From Felis catus (Eukaryota), in contig NC_058368.1 of the NCBI RefSeq assembly GCF_018350175.1, positions 188,110,001 to 188,174,000 on the forward strand: 64,000 bases of DNA, written 5' to 3'. The stretch's first letter is position 1. Each line of letters starts with the position of its first letter. A program made the translations under genes and the position numbers. The notes beneath the pieces are model-generated. The model saw nothing but the letters and a program-made list of their open reading frames with translations, was not told where the DNA came from and made no database searches. Positions 12,550 to 24,660 of this stretch are shown here, piece by piece.

Positions 12550-13049
12550 TCTCTTTTTTCCTCTTTAGGAAGAAAGAAAAGAAAGAAAAGAAGGGTAGGA
12601 TCTCAGGTCTCACTCCAGACCTCTGAATCAGAAATGCATGTAACAAGCTCCTTGAGCGGTTTACTGGCACAGCCCAGTTTGAGCAGCTGTGGCCTGGAGC
12701 TCTTTTCTTGACTAATCTCATTTAAGCCCCACAACAACTCTGTGAGGTAAGCACTGTTGTCATCCATCTTAGACAGCTAAGAAAAGTGAGGGCCCGAGAG
12801 ATTAAATAACTGGCCTAAGGTCACACGACTGGTAGGTTCCAGACATGGTGGGAGGGGGGAGGGTTGGCATGACTCCAGGGTTCAGTTCATCACCAAGCTG
12901 TCTTTTTCCTTGCAGGCAGGAAACAAAACCTGAGATACCTTCAGGGGCATTGGATGGGCCTGCTCCTGTTGAATGGTAAGGAGAGAGATGAATCCCAACC
13001 GCAAACTGGTGGTTGCAAAGGAGCCTTTTTCCTCCACCATCTCTCACCC

Positions 13050-13470
13050 TCAGCTCCTCTATCGGATATAGCAGCCAGCAGAGCTGTTACACCTGTTCTC
13101 ATTCTCCACCTCCTAGACACAGAGTATAATTTCACTGCCTTTTTTCACTGGAACACAGGCAGGTCATATGCCTTGCATTGGCCAGTGGGGAGTGAGTGAA
13201 AGTGCTTGCATCATCTCCGGCCGATCCATTTACTTCTCAGTGCCAGACAGAGCAGCACCCCTGATCCCTAGCATAGTGGTCCTGGAACCATAACTGGTGA
13301 TGAAGCGTCTGTCAGCCTGGAGCGCTCAGCGATTTCAAGGAGCAGAGCCCCCACTAAACACACACTGGACAGATAATGCAAGTGAGAAACAACCTTTGTG
13401 TGGTTAAGCCTCTGAGATTTGGGGGGTTGTTTGTTACCCTGGCATAACCTAGCCTATCCTGGCTGACTCT
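13050..13470 (+). mobile_element. Old MaLR LTR (MLT1J-like)
   Basis: 3' end ggttaagcctctgagatttggggggttgtttgttacc..gcataacctagcctatcctggctga. Confidence 0.7.
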
Positions 13471-14194
13471 CTGACTCATCTTCCTTTGCTCCGGAGGGAC
13501 TGATTTACACTGCAGGAATGCCAGCCAGCAGCTCTGTGGGTGGGAAAAATGTACCTGCTTTTATGTACCCAAGCTAATAGCCGCTTTCTCCCTACTGCCT
13601 GTGAGAGTTTGTCTCTTTCTCCTCCTTTCTTTCTTGGTGCCAAATTTATTTCTGATTTGTTTTCCTTGTTGAACCTCTACAACTCCTTATTTTCCAAGGC
13701 TATTTTTAGTGGCTCTATTCTACCCTGAAGGAAATAGTTCACATCTTGGTGCCCAGGGCTTTTTTAGCTCCTTTTAATGGGAGAGGATAGCACATATCAA
13801 CAATTCTTTTAGTCACCAAGTCATTTCCCCAAGAGGCTTAGAGAAGAACAAAATGTCTCCATCAAATGAGTTTTGGATGCTAGACTCCAACCTCCTCATT
13901 GTGCATGATCTTCCCGGTACAAACAAGACTTTAACTTTTCATTGCTTCCTTCCTTTTGGAGGTTAAAGCCTGGGTTCCTTAAACCTGGTGATTTTCCTGG
14001 CCTACTGGACTGGTCTTTGGGAGTGGGGTTCAAAAATCTATGTCTTTTAAAAGCTCTTTAAGTGATTTTCTAGAGAGAATTTGATGACAGCTGTTTGGGA
14101 AGTCTTGGGTTGGCTATGTATTCTACGTACTGAGCCACATATATTTGTTGTAACGTGATATCTCCCTGTTCATCAAGAAGTCATCCTTGATAAA

Positions 14195-14845
14195 AAATAT
14201 ATATATATAATTAAAAACAACATTCCCCATGGATATTTATAGCAACTTTATTTATAACTGCCAAACTTGGCAACAACCGAGATGTCTTTCAGTAGGTGAA
14301 TGTATCTATAAACTGTGTTATATCCAGATGACGGAACGATATTCAGTGCTAGAAAGAAGTGAGCTACCAATCATGGAAAGACACAGAGAGCCTTAAACGC
14401 ATATTACTAAGTGAAAGAAGCCAATCCGAAAAGGCTACATACTGTGATTCCAATTATACGAGATTTTGAAAAAGGCAAAACTATGGAGACCACGAAAAGG
14501 TCGGTGTGTTCTAGGGGTTGGGGGGCAGGAGGGATAAACAGGCAGAACACAAAGAAATTTTTGGGCACTGAAACTATTCTGCACAGTAGTGCAATGGTGG
14601 AGGCATATCAGTGTACGTGTGAAACCCCATAGAGTGTACAGTACCAAGAAGGTAAACTATAGACTTTGGTGATAATGATGTGTCCATGTAGGTTCATGGG
14701 CGGTAACAAATGTACTGCTCTGGTGGGAGATGTTGATGGTACGGATGATTGTGCATATGTGGGGTCTATGGGAACTTTTTGCACTTTGCTCAATTTTGCT
14801 GTGAACTTAAAACTGCTCTAAAAAGTCAAGTCTACTGAAATAACA
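14195..14845 (+). mobile_element. Ancient L1 3' end (L1MC-like)
   Basis: ORF2 end and 3' UTR motifs: ctaagtgaaagaagccaatc, aaaaggcaaaactatggagac, ctcaattttgctgtgaacttaaaactgctctaaaaa. Confidence 0.85.
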
Positions 14846-15001
14846 ACAGTAACATTCTCTTTCATGCTTCTGGAGGAGACGATGCCTTCTTGGGAGCGAG
14901 TCTGAGGGGTGAAGCTGAGCACTCCAGTTCTCTTACAGGTTTGCTATTTGCCATTCAGTGTCTTCCATCTTACCAGCAAGGCCAGTCAGAAAAAAAACAA
15001 G

Positions 15002-15553
15002 TGTCAGAGAGTAGGAAGTGCTTAGGCATGAACTGGAATAACTAGGATGAGCAAGGCCCTATTAGGGGGCAGGTTGTGACCCATTTCTTATCCAGCAATC
15101 TACAGCCAGACTCCTCCACTCTGTCTTCTCAAGAGATGTCAGGGAAGTGATGGCTTTGTATTTTTGCTATTTGTCCTGTGGGGGCCATGATCATCATGGC
15201 TTGTGGAGACCAGGAAGGAAGCAAGGGGTAATCGGGCAAAAGGGCAGCATGTACCACAGAAGCACCTGGAGAGATGCCAACAGACCACAGGCAAGGAGGC
15301 AAGAAGTACACAAAATTCAGAAGGTAGGAGATCAGAAGCCAGGCGAGTAGACTGAGTAATGGATGGGAGGCAGGAGCATCTGACCAGTGAGAAAGCCTCT
15401 TATCAATTTTATTTTACAGGGGGAGCCTGTAGTGTGAAATGAGACACTAGGGTCCAGTGGTGGCCATGATGGTGAAGAACAAGTGGGGTAACCTCCCAGT
15501 AGGGGGAGGGAGGTGCTCAGAGTCAAGGATGCTACTGGCTTATCACTGCAACA
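15002..15553 (+). mobile_element. Possible ancient solo LTR (Gypsy/ERVL-like)
   Basis: About 550-bp segment bounded by TGT...ACA with LTR-like composition. No clear TSD. Confidence 0.3.
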
Positions 15554-15718
15554 CGTGACCAAGAGTCAACCAGCTTTCACAATGTCCCCTGGAAGTCAGT
15601 TGCCAAACCGAGGCTCTCCCATGCCTGGGAAGGAGAAGAAAATGGTTAAAAGACAGGAAGCAAAAGTGTCTCCATTGGGCAGCCACCAAATTTACCAGCC
15701 ATCAAAACCTTTGCCTCT

Positions 15719-15912
15719 GCGGAGCCTGGCTAGCTCAGTCAGTTAAGTATCTGCCTTTGGCTCAGGTCATGATCTCATGGTTTGTGGGTTTGAGCCCCGC
15801 ATGGGGCTCTGTGCTGTCCGCGCAGAGCCCTCTTTGGATCCTCTGACCACCTCTCTCTGCTCCTCTCCTGCTCACTCTCTCTCTCTCTCTCTCTCTCTCA
15901 AAAATAAATAAG

Positions 15913-15943
<31 letters not shown>

Positions 15944-15953
15944 AATTTAAAAA
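15719..15953 (+). mobile_element. Feline/Can-SINE
   Basis: Head ..CCTGGCTAGCTCAGTCAGTTAAG, ggctcaggtcatgatctc, (CT)n, (AAAT)n. Confidence 0.92.
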
Positions 15954-18900
15954 CCCTCTACCTTTGATACAGCCTGGGAATATTTTAAGAGAATATCTGT
16001 TGATACTTAAAATAAATTAAAATAAAAGGATCAGCCTAGTTCATGAATAGCTGTGAAATAATAATCAAGAGCCTAGCTTATGTTTCAAGAAGGAAGCTGA
16101 AATCTGCTGGCCTAGTGTTTAGATGCTAGAAACATGCTAATGGTAATACTAGTAGTCTTTGTAATCATAGTAAGTAACAATAACAATAATAATATGTCAG
16201 TAACTGCTGAACCTCTCAGCTATGGTTAGAGATGTGTTGCTGTGCAGGTCTGGCCCGGGGGCAAAGTTTCTGGGCTTTCCTGTGGTTTTCCAGTTTTCCT
16301 CTGGACTGTAAACCCACCTTCAGCCTATGTGGTATAATTGACACTATAGTGTAAACAAATGTGAACGTCAATGTGATCCCTGTTTTAGGGAGGTGCTGTC
16401 CAAATCCTATTTTGATGGTGGAATGCAAGGTAAAGCTGCTGATGCTGGGCTTTAAGGTGGGAGGAGGAGTGGGGTGAGGGGTGGTATTTGGGGGGGGGTG
16501 CAGACTGTGTGATGTTGAGGCTTATTAGTGGCTCTTCCACAGCCCTTGAAACCATACTTTAACAAGTGAAAAGCTTTGCAAGCTGTAAAGGACTATTAGA
16601 CGCCAAAACAAATTACTTTTCTTATTATAGGTGACCAGGAGCAGATACTGATGCCACAGGAAGAGCAGAGGGAGCTGGAAGAGTGAAGGCTGAGAGGTGA
16701 GTTATTAACAATTTCCGAGTACATGAAACACCACAGAGCAAAAGTTGAGACGCAGCTGTTCTCGACAGCCACCAGAGTCAGAAATATAAGCATGACTGAC
16801 AGCAGGAGGAGGGAATTAAAAAAGATCTAGAACAGTATTAAGTACAGGAGAGTGTGGCAAATAGTATCCATTCACGCAGTCATTCAGCAAACCTTTACTG
16901 AGCACCTACCGGGCAGCAGGCACTCTGCTAGGTGTCGGAAGTATGAAGATAAAGCCAAAGCCTCTGCCCTCAAGTGGTTCACAGAATCACATCAGCCCAG
17001 TCGTCACCTCCGCAGATATGTGCCTTCCTCCCTGTAAATGCCTCGTAGATATTCATCTCATGAATGGCTGAAATAGGATTGAACCAGTGGGAAAGACAAA
17101 GAAGTCATCAGGTATCACAGATCCTTTCTCTAGCCTGGGGTTGATGTACGCCTTTCCCGAGGCAGGAAGGTGGCTGATGGAGATCTATGTCCAATTGAAG
17201 ATGCCACTTATAATTAGGTTTGATTCCCTGAAGTGCTGTTTTTGGAGAAAGTTGTCCAGTATTTGAGGAAGGCCAAGTTTAACAAGTTAGACCTGAAACT
17301 TCACCAACCCTCCAAGTCAAGTCCCCTGGCCAAGCGTTTATATTTAATTGGATGTTGTCACCAGTCATCTGCTCCAAGAATGCAGAACACTACTTTCAAA
17401 GCAGATACCTTTTTTGGAGCTGCACAGTGCAAATCTTGATGAGTGGAGTCAAAACAGTGCCTGGCAGTGTGACTGACAACCTCACATCAGTCAACTCAGA
17501 AAGAACTGGAAGGCTTCCACCTCCCTGCCCGCCTCTGCCACAAAGTGCCTCACACACCATGTGCATCTGGCTGGCCATCCACTAGGCAGACGTCGCAGCG
17601 TGTGGTCTGAGTGAATCCCAGCCTTCTCCTTTCTGTGCCTGCAAAGCTGTCCCCAATTCCCTTGAAGCTCCCTGGACGACGCCCACACAAAGGCCTTTCC
17701 ACCCGCTGGAGCTTCTTCCTGTTGCTGTGCCTTGCTTTTTTCTTCACAGCTCGATAAACCCTTCTCATCTCATATTTATCAAATGCAATCACAAAGGGAC
17801 CACTTAATTAACAGGCTGCCATTGTGTGGAAGATGATTTGGAAGCGCACAGCCATTTAAGAAACCTCACACTGTTCCAGACGACAAAAACAGTAGGATGC
17901 ACCATCTGGGAGGAAGCTTCCGCTGAAACAGACGCCAGTGTTTCCATGATTAAGAACCTAATATTATAACATCATAGTATGCTGTGCCATTTGGTTAGCA
18001 GAGGCAGCCTTGCGAGTGAGTGTTCTCAGGTCTCGCCTGCTTAGATGCAGCCAAATCATTCAGTATCAAAATATTTGCTCTGGCAAGGGGCCCTGGTTTA
18101 TACTGCTCTTGTATCTATTCCCCCATCAAGCCTATGCGGGGTGGACACACTGGAAGAGCTTAATTAAAACTTGCCAAGGAATTTGTTGGCTCTGACTACA
18201 GGTAGGGTGAGGGTGTGGGTACTATGGCTTGTGAAGGCAACTGCAGGTAAATTCACAGTTCCAAGGGGGATGAAAAAATTAATATGATGTAAATATTGCC
18301 TACAAGAACTGAAAAAAGCTTACCTGATCCCCCTAAAATATAACTGCTACTCTCTATTTATACACACACACACAAAAAAACACAGCTACTCCTTATAGGA
18401 AATTTAGAAAACATAGTTAAGCAAAAATTTAAAAATAAAAATTACCCATAATCCTCAGAGAGAGCAATCTTTTTGTATATTTCCTTCCGATCTCTCCCCG
18501 CCCCCCTTGCATTTTCTGCATTATATTCTGTGTAGAGCAGTTCCTACGTTACTTCTCAGGCCATTTTTAGTCTCATGTGTACATTGCTCATGACTTCTTG
18601 CCCCCTGGTAAAAGTCTCTTTACCTCCTTTCTGGCTATCCAAATCCTACTCTGGACTAACTTCCGGCCCTACCTTCTAATCTCATCCACATTAGAAAGAA
18701 TATGGGATTATAGAGACTTTCATTTGGTCCACTGAACAAGCTGTGGACATGGGCAAACTACTTACCTTCTCCAAGCCTCAGGTGTCTCCTTATGATAACG
18801 GAGATGAGAACCTTGAAGAGTTATGGTCACAGTTAAATGAGGTGAGGTGAGTAAAGAGCAATGTCAGTAGATGAAGAGTCTGTTTCTTCCCTGGTTCTCT

Positions 18901-18999
18901 GTGTACCCAGAGCACCTGGAGTGTTCTGCTCCCAATTTTGCCCATTCTAGATACTTCAACACCTTCCATTGTTTCTAGGATACAATCCCCAGTTGGTAT

Positions 19000-19440
19000 A
19001 GTGGTCTAAAAAACTGCTGATCAGCTTTATTTTGAACCAAGCTTCCCCTCATTCTCCATGTCAGTCACGTGACTTTCCCCCAGAGCAGGGTTTGCATGCA
19101 CTGGTCCCTCTACCTGGATCAATCTTCCCTCCCATCTCTACCTTGTTATCTACTTCTCATCTTTCACAGCCAGGCTCACTTGTCACATTGTTAATGATTC
19201 CTGCCCAGGCTGTCCAGAGTAGAGCAATCCTCTGCTGCCTTCTCATAGTGCCACGTACCTATGCCTGGGTCTTTTTTATTTATTTCTTTGGGTCTTTTTA
19301 AAAAATTAGTATTTTCCCTCCCAGAATTAGTCTTCATGAGAGTGAGCATCATGTCTGCTTTTGTTCTCCAGTGGATTTCTAGTGCCCATCACAGAACCTG
19401 ACATACAGTTGCTTCGTGCATATCGTTGAAGAATTGAACA
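19000..19440 (+). mobile_element. L2 3' fragment
   Basis: Ends tctagtgcccatcacagaacctgacatacagtt...gttgaagaattgaa. A second plus-strand L2 piece lies at about 19980-20325. Confidence 0.65.
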
Positions 19441-20779
19441 ATTCTGTTTTCCAGTTGCTGACACCAATGAATGGCAGCCTGTTAAGGACCAGGGCTGTGT
19501 CTTCTGTTCCCGTGGGGCTCAAAGAGGGCCACTTCATCCCACCCCAGGCCCTAGAAATGATGCTGCATTAGCCTTAGTCTCACGGGCATCTCCCTCACCT
19601 TTCAAGAGGGTCTATAACAGAGCCTGGATGAGGTTCTGTGCCATGCATGGCACTTCCCAGACTGTTCCTCTTTCTCTCTCTTTCCTTTTCCTTTGAACAG
19701 AAAATCTATCAACCATGCCCAGCTTAACCACCTCCTGCACCATGAAGCCTTCCTTGGTGTTCCTTTCTCACCCGCATGGCGTCCGTCCTGTCCTCTGGTA
19801 CAAACAGAACTGATTTCACTCTGTTCCTCGCGGTGTGCTGAGTTGTTAGCTGGTCTGCCCTCTGGCTAAGCCCCGAGTCCTTAACTTGTTCCCCTTCCAG
19901 ACCTGGCTCTCACGTCCTATTCCTCACCTGTTCCCCACCGTTCTTCATTCCTCCTTTGCCCTCACTGTTGCAGGTGTACATAATGTTCTTCAGTCCTTCA
20001 AACCTACCATAATTTCACACTTCTGGGCTTAGGCATGAGCTGTTCTCATATTGCAATGCTCTTCCCTCCCCCTCTCCATATGCCCAATTTCTAATTATCC
20101 TCCCACCTTGGTACCAAGGCTGCTTCCATCAGGAAGCCTTCCTTGATTGCCTGGGTTAGGTGGCTGCTCCCTCTCCATACTGTGTCCCTTGAGCACTTCT
20201 CACTCCTCCTTTCCCCATGTTCCCTACAAAGCACATGCTCCATGAAGGCACACAGACCAGTCAGGTTTACTTTGCTTACCCAGTACTTAGTAGGTGCTTA
20301 ATAACTACCTGGTGGATGAATGCATTAAATCTGCCTCAAGTCACCTTTGTAACCTTCATTCTGCCCCCTTGCCACTATTCTCTGCCCAGAGTAGGACTGA
20401 GAGATGTTTGGGGGCGAGGGGAGGGGATGGAACTGAGGTCTCCCCAGTAAATACTTCTGGAGCCCTTTCCATGCCAGCAGGGATCATTCTCATCCCTCTC
20501 TGTGTCACCAGCACAGGCCTGGGCACGGAGCAGGGGTTCTACATTGTCAAATTACAAGTGTATTTCATATATTGAGACACTTGGCCATACCAGCTGTATC
20601 ACCTCTAGCAAGTCCCTTTCCCTCTCCAGCCTTAGATCTGCAAAGCGGGATTTTGAGAGTTAAGTGAGTTAAGATCCATAGAGAGTTAGGACATAGAGCA
20701 GAGCACCCAGTGTGAGCCACTCGCCACTTTGCTACCTGCCACCAGAGCTCTTTATCCTGACTAGGGCTGGCTCTGACTC

Positions 20780-21275
20780 CGAGCGGTGGCACCCGGGCCT
20801 GGCGGTCGGGTGGAGCCTTGGGAGCTGGCGCGGCCCTGGGGAACTCCTGGGCTCCCCTCCCCTCCAACCCCGTGCTCACGGTCTGGCCGTTTTGCTTTCG
20901 AGATACACCTGGCCGCTGCCCGGCGCCCCGGGCGCCGCCGCCACTGGCCGCCACCCCCGCCCTGCGCAGCCCCCGCTCCTGGAAGTTTCCGCGGCCGGCA
21001 GTGAGTCACCGCCCTTTTTTTAGCAGCCGCGTTGGATGTGCAGCGTCACACCGCGGCTCCCGAGAGCCTGGGGCCCTGCCGCCGGCGACGTCAATGCAGA
21101 AGAGCCCAGCGCTCACCGTGAGCTAGGCCGGTGCAGGGGTGGCGACCCCGCCCCCGCGCCCCTTGGTCCCAGCGCCGCCGCCAGACTCCCCAGGCCTTCA
21201 GAGCTGCCTGGCTGCCCGGGAGCTTTCCGGGGTCGCTTACCCCTGGGGGGTGGGGGGGCGCCCTGGCGCGATCGG
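20780..21275. promoter_or_regulatory. CpG island, candidate promoter or enhancer
   Basis: About 500 bp, very GC-rich with dense CpG in an otherwise CpG-depleted window and not repeat-derived. GGAAGTTTCC at 20981-20990, TGAGTCA at 21002-21008, GACGTCA at 21087-21093, CCCCGCCCCC GC box near 21146. Confidence 0.85.
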
Positions 21276-21464
21276 TCTGTGTGACTCTGGGGCCTTGGAA
21301 CTGGGGAAAGGTGGGCTGCCTTGAAGAGGGAAAACAAAACAAAACAAAACAGGAGGCAGCCATCCGTGCCTCTGTCTGTTATCAGTCCATCCAGTCACCT
21401 GCCCAACTAGCAGCCCATCCATCCAGGCATTCGTTCACACCCTAAGTCATTTAAGACCCTTCTT

Positions 21465-21785
21465 CCCATCCATCCATCCATCCATCCACCCATGCATCCA
21501 TCCATCCAACCATCCATCCATCCACCCATCCACCCATCCACCCATCCATCCATCCAACAATCCATCCATCCATCCATCCATCCACCCATCCATCCACCCA
21601 TCCATCCAACCATCCAACCATCCATCCATCCACCCATCCATCCATCCAACCATCCATCCATCCATCCAACCATCCATCCATCCATCCACCCATCCATCCA
21701 ACCATCCATCCATCCATCCACCCATCCATCCATCCAACCATCCAACCATCCATCCACCCATCCATCCATCCATCCATCCACCCAT
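21465..21785. repeat. (CCAT)n tetranucleotide array with CCAC/CCAA variants
   Basis: About 320 bp directly visible, with degenerate flanks from about 21360 to 22090. Confidence 0.97.
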
Positions 21786-23219
21786 CGCACCACATCGTGC
21801 ATCCAGCGGTGTGCTCCTCCTTGTAACCACCAGCCTTCCCATCCATCCAAGCATTTACTCACAGCTAAGTCACTTACGACCCTCTCTTCCTCCCATCCAT
21901 CCATCCAACCATCCACTCACCCATACCATCATTCATCTACCTTTCTGCTCCTCCAATCAACGACCTGCTTTCCCATCCAGTTGGCATACTGAGTCACTTC
22001 AGGTCCTGTCTCCCCACATCCACCCATCAGTAATACACTCATTTATTTACCTCCCACCTGACTATTTGTCTCTGCCCATCCACCTATTCATCTACATACT
22101 CATTTGTCCAAATTAGCATCCTCTCTGCTAGGTGCTGACAATACCAAGATCATTAGGGCGGTATCTCCACTCCTGTGGAACTCAGAACCAGCATGGTTTA
22201 ATATATCCTAGGAAAAAGTCTTTGCCCTTATTCCTCTCCAAATTAAGGAACTATATGTAATACAGTGGAATAATAATAGTAATAGTAATAATAGTGATGA
22301 TACTAGCAGCTGCTAACATTAACTGAGCACGATTTGCCAAGCAGTGTTCTAAGCTTTGCACATGCAATATCTCACTGGATCCTCACTCACATTAACCTGG
22401 GAGGCAGGTACTATTAACACACCCAATTTTCAGATAAGAGAAACCAAGACTCACAGAAATTAAGAAACTCCTGCTCCACAGCTATTAAATGGCCACACGG
22501 ATGAGACACTAGACTCTGACTTTGAAACCAGGGCTTCTAGTTGCTTTACTGGTGTTTGTTACCCAAGAGAGGCAACACATTAAAAGGATTTAAGTCGGAT
22601 CAACTATACCACCTCTCTGAGCCTGTTTTCTGTAAAAGTAGGGACAGAGATAATGCATACTCAGAGATAATGTATATACTCAGCCCAGCATCCATTTGCA
22701 AGGACTAATGTGACTGACTGATGGACTTATTGCTGACCAATATTAGGGTGCAGAGGAAATGAGACATAGCTATTGCTATCATCCATGTTCATTACAGAGC
22801 AATTAAGAGTAAGAAAAAAATCCTCTTGTGATTCTATTATCTAGAAATAACAGCTGCTAACATTTGGTTTATGTTCTTTAAAATGTTTACTACCCATGTT
22901 TATGGATTATACACATTTGAAAGAATATAGTATGCTATGGACATATTTCCACAAGCTCTTCACTGCTATTCTTGCCTCCAGTTGCTGTCCACAGAGTGTT
23001 TTTTTGAAAACACAAATATTAATTTTCTTGAAAATCATAAAGTTCCCCTCAACCCCCACCACCACTATTACCAGGATAAGATCCATTTTCCTTAATGCGA
23101 CTATTAGGCCCCTCGCGATCTATCTTTCTTCGCTTACCTTTCAGCCTCATCTCTGCCATCTTCCTCTTGTTCTCTTTGCCTTTAACACATGGAACAACTA
23201 CCAATTCCCAGTGAACCTC

Positions 23220-24660
23220 TAAAGTGGTAATAATCCAGATTAGAAGTGATGGTGGCTCAAACCAAGGTACCAGTAGTAGGGGTGGAGAGAAGTGAATTTA
23301 GGTGGGAGATAGGATTGACTTATTAATCGGATGTAAGGATGAGAGAAAAGAAAAAGTCAAGGACAATGCCACATTTCTGGCTGGCCCTGGGGGGCAGATG
23401 ATGGTTTATCAGCAAGACAGAGGCATCTTGGTATGCAAGAGGTTTGGACATGGTGAGTTTGGGAGGTGTGATGGCCAGAATAATGGCTACCCAAAGATGT
23501 CCACATCCTAACTTCCAGAACCTATGATTATGTTACATTATGTGGCAAAGAGACTTTGCAGATGTGAGTAATTTAAGAATTTGGAGATGGGGAGATTACT
23601 CTGGATTAACTGGGTAGACCAATGCAGCAATCACAAGGGTCCTCAAAAAAGGGAGGTAGGAGGGTCAGAATCAGAGTAGGAGATGTAACCACAGAAGCAG
23701 AAGTTGGAGTGGTGACGGGCCATGAGCCAAGGAATGCAGGCAGCTTTCAAAGCTGAAATGGACAAGAAAATGGATTCTCTCATGAAGCCTCCAAAAGGGA
23801 CATCTGATGCCATCCTGCCACCATCTTGATTTTAGCCCACTGAGATTGATTTTGGATAATAAGCTTGTGGTGTTTTAAACTCTTATGTTTGTGGAAATAG
23901 GAAACTAATGCAAGAGGCTGGGGGATATCCAGGTGGGGATGTGCAGGAGAGAACATCCAGGACGCAGACATGGACTGGATGGAGAGTCACTGGTGCAGGG
24001 GCTGGATGATCCCATTGGATGTTCTAGCCAGGAAGTGTGGAGTGGGAGAGAACAGCCTGGAGAGGGCCCAATACAGGAGAAACCTTTGAAGGAAAATGAG
24101 AAGGTGGACCTGGAGAAATAGGAGGAAATCTAGTGATGGAAAATCCAAGGGTACAGTTTCAAGAAGGAAGCTATCTCTGTCAACCCCCACAGAGTGATCC
24201 ATAAGGTGACAGAAAGTGCCTGTTGGATTTGATGGTCAACAGTGTAATAGTCTTGGTGAGAGCAGTTTCAGAGGCTGAGCAGGACTGAACCAGCCTGTTT
24301 GCAGGGAGAAATAAGTGAGGAGCTGGAAACACATGGAAGACTACTTTCTTAGATCATTGGCTTTGATGGGGAAAGAGATAAGACAGTAGTCGGAAAAGGA
24401 TGGGAGATTAAGGGAGGACTTTTTTTTTAACACGAGAGAGAGAGACATGAATAAGGTTAGTTGTTTCTGGGAAGGACTCAGCTGGGAGGCTGGAGGATGA
24501 TCAAAGTCTGGATGGAGGGGGAGTTTAGGATGAGATCAGGTCTCTTAGGAGGCATGTGTTGGTGGTGGGATTCAGAGGGCCAGTGGAGATCAGCCTTGGA
24601 TTGGAGGAGGAGGATCTTTCCGCCTGGCGTAATGGGAAGAAGGCAGAGACAGGTGTGTAA
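23220..24660 (-). mobile_element. L2 relic interrupted by an MLT1 LTR
   Basis: Typical antisense L2 text: gtggagagaagtg, gtcaaggacaatgcc, tttggacatggtgagtttg, ttggtgagagcagtttcag. Confidence 0.75.
23467..23910 (+). mobile_element. MaLR solo LTR (MLT1D-like)
   Basis: tgtgatggccagaataatggc..caaagatgtccacatcctaa to ggaaactaatgca. Approximate 5-bp TSD ggagg/agagg. Confidence 0.88.

Larger units (their letters stand above)
11970..12692. mobile_element. MER5A-like hAT MITE split by nested SINE insertions (halves about 11970-12046 and 12595-12692)
   Basis: Left half ggcatcacctgggagcttataagaaatacag continues as tctcaggtctcactccagacctctgaatcagaaatgcatgtaacaag...agtttgagcagc. Confidence 0.8.

Noticed and set aside
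16335..16352. TGACACTATAG match to the SP6 promoter (vector contamination)
   Set aside because: Only 11 bp match and the flanks are ordinary genomic sequence.
20565..21445. Many overlapping ORFs at the CpG island
   Set aside because: Expected stop-codon scarcity in GC-rich DNA. No recognisable protein.
21407..21992. ORFs rich in MDGW or HPSI repeats
   Set aside because: Translation artefacts of the (CCAT)n array.
22646..22685. Short tandem duplication cagagataatg(c/t)atact x2
   Set aside because: Ordinary slippage duplication within a MIR-like relic.
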